Position numbers and translations under genes: made by a program. From an uncultured virus (IMG/VR IMGVR_UViG_3300034812_000685) (taxonomy: Duplodnaviria > Heunggongvirae > Uroviricota > Caudoviricetes): a DNA stretch of 64,000 nucleotides. This document shows, one piece after another, positions 58,263 to 64,000 of this stretch. The stretch lies in the IMG/VR virus record IMGVR_UViG_3300034812_000685. One strand, written 5' to 3'. The notes under the pieces were generated by a model. That model was not told the origin of the DNA and ran no database searches. It worked only from the letters and a program-made list of their open reading frames with translations. How positions within the stretch are numbered: position 1 is the first letter of the stretch; each line of letters begins with the position of its first letter.

Positions 58263-58509
58263 AATCTTCTCCTGGCGTTGTAATCGTGTAAGTTGTGGTT
58301 GGATCGTTGATGTTCCCACTTGCTGTTACATTTGTCCCAGACCAGCTTTTGTAAGCGTTGCCATATAGTTCTGTTGTGATGTTCTCCGTTACCTGTGTGG
58401 ACGTGTTCGTTGTTGACGTCATGCTTCCTGACGTGAAATTCGGATAATTCTGCGCCTGGGCCATGGGTGCGGCCAGAGACATCGCGATAATCGAAATCCA
58501 TAGTTTCAT
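58150..58509 (-). CDS. exported Thr-rich protein with signal peptide
   Basis: MKLWISIIAMSLAAPMAQA signal; PNFTSGSMTSTT; ends SVFSQ. Confidence 0.7.
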   Translation of the reverse strand: MKLWISIIAMSLAAPMAQAQNYPNFTSGSMTSTTNTSTQVTENITTELYGNAYKSWSGTNVTASGNINDPTTTYTITTPGEDWQMEIVERTAGSLVESTVIDRTIDQATTITSLSVFSQ

Positions 58510-58745
58510 GGCTTTTTCACGGGTTGTGGGTCAACGGTTGGGGGTTTCTTTTTAGAGTCATCCTTGCTTTGACCCGTTCTTGTTATACCGTAATGCGCTA
58601 AACATCCGGTAAAAATGCTCGCCACAAACGTCGGATCGGCCTTGATGATATTTAAATATCCGGCCGTCAGAATCGTGGCAGACCATCCAAGAACAGACAA
58701 ATGGACAAGAGCGGCTACGCGCCCGTCCTTTTCTTCCTTCTCCAT
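58506..58745 (-). CDS. two-TM membrane protein (holin-like)
   Basis: Two hydrophobic helices (DPTFVASIFTG) and a charged tail; promoter motif 30 nt upstream supports ATG 58745. Confidence 0.6.
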   Translation of the reverse strand: MEKEEKDGRVAALVHLSVLGWSATILTAGYLNIIKADPTFVASIFTGCLAHYGITRTGQSKDDSKKKPPTVDPQPVKKP

Positions 58746-58964
58746 GAAAGATCGGATGACTCTTTTCAGGTTTCCTAGTTGACGCATCATTCTGTAGGCA
58801 TTAAACTCTGCAAAATTGCAAGGGCTTGACCCGTGAATCCAAGCGATTACATCGCAGCCGCTAAGGCCAGGGCAAAAGGAACTTTGATTGATCCTTCACC
58901 AAAATTAACTGCACTTGAAAAAGCTTTCCGCCAGAAGTTCATCAGCGAATCCTTACAAGAGGAC

Positions 58965-58993
58965 TTGACAGTTAAAAAAGCCTCTGATAACTT
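58965..58993 (+). promoter_or_regulatory. host sigma70-type early promoter
   Basis: TTGACA-N17-TAACTT with a TGn extension. Confidence 0.7.
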
Positions 58994-59020
58994 TGACGAG
59001 TAAACCAAAGGGCCTGACCC

Positions 59021-59797
59021 ATGGACATCAAAGCCAAAATTGCAAAGCTTCTGCGTATGCAGGAGTCGAGCAACGTCAATGAAGCAGCTAATGCTGCACA
59101 CCTGATTCAAGCTCTTTGCCAAAAGCATGGAGTCACCGTTCAGGATTGTCTGTCTCAATATGATCCCGAACGCGACAAGGCCGTCTTCTGGACGATGGGA
59201 CGAGTATTCAAAAGGGTTGATCCGGCCTTCTGGAGCCTGCTTGATCATGTTGCCACTTATTTCAACGGAACGACTGTTAATACGAATGCCACAAAGCATT
59301 TTGATTTCAATTTGAAGTCATGCAATGAAACCCATAGGGTTATTGAAGTCATCGCCACTCAGGGTAATAAGGTTCAAATCGAATTGTATTTTGAATATTT
59401 GTGTGAAGTAATGGAAAAAATGGCCGCCGAGGCTAAGTTAGAACGCTTGAAAAATGGATATTATGGTGACCGTACCTTCAAAGCTAATTTCAGGAAAGGC
59501 TTTGCCCGTGCTATTGGTATCAAGCTTCGCGACCAAAAGCGTGCAGAACAGATTTATCAAGAAAAGCAAAAGGCTTCTGATAACCCTGCCCCAGACGCCC
59601 TTGCATTGTTTGAACGTAACAAGATCGAGAAAGAGCAGGTGCTAGCCCTGGTTAAACGTCGGTTTCCAAAGCTTGGCAAGTCCACTGGATCTGCTTATGG
59701 CGGCAGTGGCACAGAGGTTGGCTTTAACGCAGGCAAGAAGACATCAACCCAACGGCAAGTAACCCGTGTTGAATTACCTCGTCTGGGAGGTGGGTGA
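59021..59797 (+). CDS. DUF2786-domain protein
   Basis: KIAKLLRMQESSNVNEAANAA..IQAL..KHG N-terminal motif; FRKGFA. Confidence 0.8.
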   Translation: MDIKAKIAKLLRMQESSNVNEAANAAHLIQALCQKHGVTVQDCLSQYDPERDKAVFWTMGRVFKRVDPAFWSLLDHVATYFNGTTVNTNATKHFDFNLKSCNETHRVIEVIATQGNKVQIELYFEYLCEVMEKMAAEAKLERLKNGYYGDRTFKANFRKGFARAIGIKLRDQKRAEQIYQEKQKASDNPAPDALALFERNKIEKEQVLALVKRRFPKLGKSTGSAYGGSGTEVGFNAGKKTSTQRQVTRVELPRLGGG

Positions 59798-59846
59798 CAA
59801 CTACTAGAGACTGACTACGATTGGTTTGCCTCTATACCTATGTCCC

Positions 59847-60059
59847 ATGGATAGATTCAAAGAGATTAAGGCGATTGCAGTGGAATTTAATTTCACCCTC
59901 CATAGAGAGGGCAAACATTACATCTGGAAATCGCCTTCTGGAGCGCTTGTGACAACAGGCAAGACCCTGTCAGACAGAAAGGCCCTTAAGAACATCAGAT
60001 CAATGTTCCGCAGGGCTTCTGTTGCGAATTGTAAAAGGCCTTGGCATAAGGGGGGCTGA
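59847..60059 (+). CDS. HicA-like protein
   Basis: F.LHREGKHYIWK.PSGALVT..KT.SD.KA.KN, a dsRBD-like HicA pattern. Confidence 0.65.
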   Translation: MDRFKEIKAIAVEFNFTLHREGKHYIWKSPSGALVTTGKTLSDRKALKNIRSMFRRASVANCKRPWHKGG

Positions 60060-60069
60060 CCTGTATAGT
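60041..60069 (+). promoter_or_regulatory. host sigma70-type early promoter
   Basis: TTGGCA-N17-TATAGT. Confidence 0.65.
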
Positions 60070-60097
60070 TAAAGAGGTCAAACAAAGGGCACGACCC

Positions 60098-60577
60098 ATG
60101 AACACATTTTCCCGCTTCACCCGCGATCCCCATTTCCACCTGGGCGATGAGCCAGGCAACCAGGAGATCGTTCAAGCCGTCAGGGCTGCTGTCAATGCTG
60201 GCAGAGTTGTCTGCAAAATTGCTCCCAGGGAGTACTGGGTCGACATCTGCGAGAGAAGGCAGGACGAATGGGCTGATTACAGCAAAAGCCGTGGGGTCAT
60301 CCTTTGGAGTCTCAGCCGCATCAACGACATCATTGCCAATGCTGAGAGCAAAATCCTCAACAGCTTTGGTGAGGTCTGGGAGCTGAGGTCGCCTGAAAGC
60401 CTCCCATGGGCTCTTGGGGCTGAGCTGGGCGAAGAGATCATCAAAGCCGCTGCTAAAGCCCAGGGGATCGACATCACAGGCAATTTCCAACATTTTGCTG
60501 ACTCCTCTACAACCGTCGACTACAGCATCACTTGGCATAACGTCACTTGTGACGGTCGCTACGGAATCGGCAACTAA
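60098..60577 (+). CDS. hypothetical early protein
   Basis: Shares its leader motif with the gene at 59021; has its own promoter. Confidence 0.65.
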   Translation: MNTFSRFTRDPHFHLGDEPGNQEIVQAVRAAVNAGRVVCKIAPREYWVDICERRQDEWADYSKSRGVILWSLSRINDIIANAESKILNSFGEVWELRSPESLPWALGAELGEEIIKAAAKAQGIDITGNFQHFADSSTTVDYSITWHNVTCDGRYGIGN

Positions 60578-60660
60578 ACAATTTATTTCTCGGCCTGGGG
60601 GTTGTCTTCTCAGCCCCCGTCGCTAAGCTTCAATCGTCTAACACCAACGGATTTAATCCC

Positions 60661-60966
60661 ATGACAGACCTTCACCCTCATTCCCAGCAGATCCGTGAGA
60701 TCATCGAACAGGCTGGCAGCACTTTTGTTCGTGTTAAGTTCATCAAGAGGGATGGATCGGAACGCGAAATTACGTTTAACCCAAAGGACTATAACGAGAT
60801 CAAAGGCACAGGCAAAGCAAGCTCTAATCCAAATACTTTCAGGATTCGTGAAGTCCAAAACAAAGAAACTGGAAAAACTGTTTGGCGCAGCTTTGACGGA
60901 ACTCGTGTACTTCGCATCTCTGCAAAAGGTAGGACTGTGAATTTCGATGTAGTCAGCGACAGCTGA
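60661..60966 (+). CDS. SH3/WYL-like beta-barrel protein
   Basis: VKFIKRDGSEREI...WRSF motif. Confidence 0.7.
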   Translation: MTDLHPHSQQIREIIEQAGSTFVRVKFIKRDGSEREITFNPKDYNEIKGTGKASSNPNTFRIREVQNKETGKTVWRSFDGTRVLRISAKGRTVNFDVVSDS

Positions 60967-61170
60967 TTACTTTTGCAAATTTATTTCTCGCATCATGCAA
61001 AAAGACGAAGACATCCCGCTCATACATCCTCGAATGGCCGAGTTGTATGCAGCCAAGCATCCAAAGACTGAAGAACAGTTGTTGTTTCCAAGAAGAAAAC
61101 CTTCAAGGAACTATCGCCTCAAACGTGGTGCTTTTGCCCGCTTCATTCAATCACAACGGGACGCTTCCTG

Positions 61171-61350
61171 ATGAATCTGTACGTCACAAAAACCGGTCGC
61201 CCAAGGACTCGTCTTTTTCCGCCAGAAAAAGTTGTATTGATCCGGCAAATGTATACGGATGGTTGCTCGATGGCCGAACTTGCTAGGCTATTTGGTGTTA
61301 GTTCAAATACTATCAGGCAATACGTTAACGAACCCTTGAGCCAAATGTAA
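61171..61350 (+). CDS. small HTH DNA-binding protein (59 aa, not in ORF track)
   Basis: GRPR...SMAELARLFGVSSNTIRQY, a resolvase-type HTH. Confidence 0.7.
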   Translation: MNLYVTKTGRPRTRLFPPEKVVLIRQMYTDGCSMAELARLFGVSSNTIRQYVNEPLSQM

Positions 61351-61381
61351 ATAGGTATCTTATTCAAGACATACGTTTCTT

Positions 61382-61879
61382 ATGGGCGACATCATTATCC
61401 ATAAGGAGCGAGTTTTCCGCAAGACCGATGGAGTTCACTTTGCTGACATCAGCATTGCGGGCTCCAACGGCATGGACCTGGTCGAACACAAGGGCAAAGC
61501 AGTTAGCCCACCAAGCATGCTCGGGATCTCCCGTTGGTACATGCATCGCCATCAGACAGATAACAACCGTGTAATTCAAGGTTGCAGACTGTTTGAATTA
61601 TTTTGTGATCACTTCAAGCATCCACACTGGTATGTATTTCTCGACCAAGACATTGGTGCTCTTGAAATTCCACCCTTTTGCTATCATCGGTCGATTTCTG
61701 GTAAGAAAGGCAGCGTCTTAGTCAATCATGCAATTCGTGATGAGCGTTATAATGAAAAGCATGAATTCAGGCCGGGCTTCTGTTATTTTGCTGGTTTAGT
61801 TCCTCCAAAGTATTATAATATTAGCCCTTTTGAAGTTTCTTATTTCAAAGAACATGGCGTAATGCCTACGTGGTTATGA
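61382..61879 (+). CDS. cupin-fold (RmlC-like) protein
   Basis: WYMHRHQTDNNRVIQG.R.FEL...LEIPP..YHRSISG. Confidence 0.7.
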   Translation: MGDIIIHKERVFRKTDGVHFADISIAGSNGMDLVEHKGKAVSPPSMLGISRWYMHRHQTDNNRVIQGCRLFELFCDHFKHPHWYVFLDQDIGALEIPPFCYHRSISGKKGSVLVNHAIRDERYNEKHEFRPGFCYFAGLVPPKYYNISPFEVSYFKEHGVMPTWL

Positions 61880-61966
61880 TTCATACCCTTGCCCTATACT
61901 TCAATTGTGTACTCTTGGTGTCTTTATTCGTAGGCATCATTTATCAGCTGGACAAAGAGTTGAACG

Positions 61967-62260
61967 ATGATTCATGATAATGACCCTTCAAATATTGAAG
62001 ACCTGGTAGAGCTTGCCATTAAGAATGCTCGACAACCCGCTGAAGATTACAGCATCGATCATGCAATTGAATTTGTTCGTCAATTTGTTAGTGCATTGAA
62101 ATGGGGTTCAATCGTGGAATCCGATGTAGATAATATTACTTTGATCTATCAATGTATGTATGCATGCGAAACATTCAGAATTTTATTTGTCAAGGCATAT
62201 ATCGCAGAGCATGAGCGAATGGAAACAATCGATAAATTAAAAAGAATGTTTGAGATGTAA
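61967..62260 (+). CDS. hypothetical protein
   Basis: 97-aa ORF. Confidence 0.5.
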   Translation: MIHDNDPSNIEDLVELAIKNARQPAEDYSIDHAIEFVRQFVSALKWGSIVESDVDNITLIYQCMYACETFRILFVKAYIAEHERMETIDKLKRMFEM

Positions 62261-62293
62261 ATAGGAAGTCTGACCTGTGTTCATCTTGAACAG

Positions 62294-62593
62294 ATGGCGT
62301 TACCAACCAGCGACTTTTCTGACCCAGATCATACCTTTTACGGCGTTCAAGATCTGATCCTTTCAGTCGCATACTTCATCATTGACTTGCCAAGAACTTT
62401 TAATGATTTCTTTAGATTAGATGTAGATACTCTTGGCGCTCACATCAGGGATTTAACAATAATATTTGTACGTATTTCGCTTTATTTCTTCATAGCAGGA
62501 ATCCAATTCAGGCAAATTCTTTTGGTATTCAATAGAATGCAAAGTGTGGGCAAATTCCGCACCGCACTGAAAACCCTTACTAAACAATCATGA
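62294..62593 (+). CDS. hypothetical membrane protein
   Basis: Hydrophobic segments; promoter motif 30 nt upstream; stop overlaps the next start. Confidence 0.5.
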   Translation: MALPTSDFSDPDHTFYGVQDLILSVAYFIIDLPRTFNDFFRLDVDTLGAHIRDLTIIFVRISLYFFIAGIQFRQILLVFNRMQSVGKFRTALKTLTKQS

Positions 62594-62946
62594 TCAAACT
62601 TTCCGCAGCCTTGGCAACTGCCTTTTCCCTAGCTCCTGCTGCTGCTCTGGCTGGCCCATATGCCAACGTGGAAACCAACGCAGGATTTCTTGGCTCTGAG
62701 TATCAGGCGGCCACGACAGACGTCCATGTGGGTTACGAAAGCACTTCAGGAGATTTCTCCTGGTACCTGCAGGGCGGTCCAGCCATCTTGACCAGTGATG
62801 AAGACTCTTCCGTAGAACTCTCTGGTAAAGTCGGGGCCTCGGTGGCTGCCACGGAAAAGCTTAGTTTCTATGGGGAATTGAGCGGTATCACTGGCGACGA
62901 TGAAAATGCCTACGGCTTGAAAGCTGGCGCTAAATATTCTTTCTGA
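62590..62946 (+). CDS. small outer-membrane beta-strand protein
   Basis: Signal peptide (APAAALA/GPY), amphipathic beta strands, C-terminal GAKYSF beta-signal. Confidence 0.8.
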   Translation: MIKLSAALATAFSLAPAAALAGPYANVETNAGFLGSEYQAATTDVHVGYESTSGDFSWYLQGGPAILTSDEDSSVELSGKVGASVAATEKLSFYGELSGITGDDENAYGLKAGAKYSF

Positions 62947-62970
62947 TAGAATATCAATGCGAGGACACGG

Positions 62971-62996
62971 GGACCCTATCATGGGTCCTTTTTTTT
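62971..62996 (+). terminator. intrinsic terminator
   Basis: GGACCC-TATCAT-GGGTCC followed by a T run. Confidence 0.8.
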
Positions 62997-63412
62997 ACCC
63001 TATGGATGATCCAGTTGCCTCGTTTTCATACAACCTGAAGGCATTGCGGCTGGAATACAAAACAACCTGTGACGCCTTACGGAATTGGTCTGGTGGTGAC
63101 CCAGAAGAGCAACGGTTTCTAGTTCACAAAAAAGAACAGGTGTTCCGGTTGCTTCTTGAGTATTCATTCCTAGAATAAAAAAGCGTTGAGGGGACGCAGT
63201 AGGGACCCTACCCAGGGTCTCTATTTTTTTTACCTGTTCGCAATGACAATTTTTACAGTTTGTTGGCGCGATGATTCAAGTGAAAAACGATACGTGTTGA
63301 TCGAATCTCCCTCGGCACAAGAAGCCCGCCTCGAAGCAATGAATCGAGAAAAATATATTGCCCAGCATCCAAATTGTATTATTTACATCATGCCGGGTAT
63401 CTACAAATAATT

Positions 63413-63607
63413 TTATGCAGCTGCTGGTCCTTCTTCATTCGTAGGCTCTACTTGTGGAAGCTCCACCAGGTCATATCGATTTAACATATTAGATAGGTTT
63501 TCTTGAGCAAATCGCCTCAAGATTTCATCTCCACTAACTTCAGCACAAGCAAAAGATTTAATCAATTTAACCAATACCTCTTTCGGACTGACTGCCTGTT
63601 CGGTCAT
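63413..63607 (-). CDS. hypothetical protein
   Basis: 64-aa ORF reading away from the AT-rich region. Confidence 0.55.
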   Translation of the reverse strand: MTEQAVSPKEVLVKLIKSFACAEVSGDEILRRFAQENLSNMLNRYDLVELPQVEPTNEEGPAAA

Positions 63608-63702
63608 AGATCAAATCAAAATAATTGCCCCATAAGATACCAATTTAATTTTTTTAGGTTTTATTTTTTTATTTTTTTTATTTTTTTCTCCCTTTTCTTC
63701 GA

Positions 63703-63780
63703 TTGTCATTTTGATGATCCAAAACCCATTTATGGGATCCAAAACCCATTTACGGGATTCAGGATTGTCATTTTGATGAT
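63703..63780 (-). repeat. two inverted copies of the origin iteron flanking a 20-bp tandem repeat
   Basis: TTGTCATTTTGATGAT at 63703 and 63765 (reverse complement of ATCATCAAAATGACAA); CCAAAACCCATTTAYGGGAT x2 at 63719-63758. Confidence 0.85.
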
Positions 63781-64000
63781 TCTCATACTTAATATATATA
63801 ATAAATACATGTAATACCTATTAACAAACCTTAGTATTCATTTATAAATAAATAACCTATAGGTATTTAAGGCCGACAGATCTGGTTACGCCAGTAGGGT
63901 TTGTTACGTGTTGTTTCTGGTCTTATTAGTTGTTCTGATGGCAAAAGGTACAAATACTTAAGTAGTTTATATATTTGGGATTCTGATGGATGGTGATGTG

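Noticed and set aside
58263..58501. N-terminal extension of ORF 57662..58501
   Set aside because: Overlaps the signal-peptide gene 58150..58509 in another frame and reads as low-quality sequence; the true start is likely further downstream
63503..63814. 103-aa Phe-rich ORF
   Set aside because: Produced by T tracts and repeats in an AT-rich non-coding region

Overview
This window is most of the genome of a tailed dsDNA phage with siphovirus-type tail genes, very probably a marine picocyanobacterial phage. The host inference rests on a CP12-like peptide, a glutamine-riboswitch-like RNA upstream of a YRG peptide, class II RNR, ThyX, dCTP deaminase, two sigma factors and TTTTCCACA DnaA boxes. 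Layout: tail and fibre genes (1-17.4 kb); scaffold, capsid, basic proteins and further fibres (17.5-32 kb); a C39-fold lysin; a leftward initiator/DnaB pair beside an iteron origin (33.9-37 kb); recombination, nucleotide-metabolism and packaging genes (37-54 kb); and small early/accessory genes with one tRNA(CAT) (54-64 kb). The main observations are: (1) a 55-cysteine tail-module protein with no signal peptide, together with a CxxC-rich partner and a glutaredoxin, a candidate cytoplasmic disulfide or metal folding system; (2) a GGHANNHTD motif at a fixed ~28-30 nt before many start codons, the candidate promoter of the phage SigF-like sigma factor; (3) a lambda-type -1 frameshift with a downstream RNA stimulator; (4) shared G(A/C)GA(C/T) pentaloop hairpins in the portal, scaffold and capsid mRNAs; (5) an unnamed structured RNA at 25.4 kb; (6) origin iterons repeated in inverted orientation 27 kb away; (7) several small genes missed by the ORF track. 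All calls come from reading the sequence by eye; no database searches or folding programs were run.
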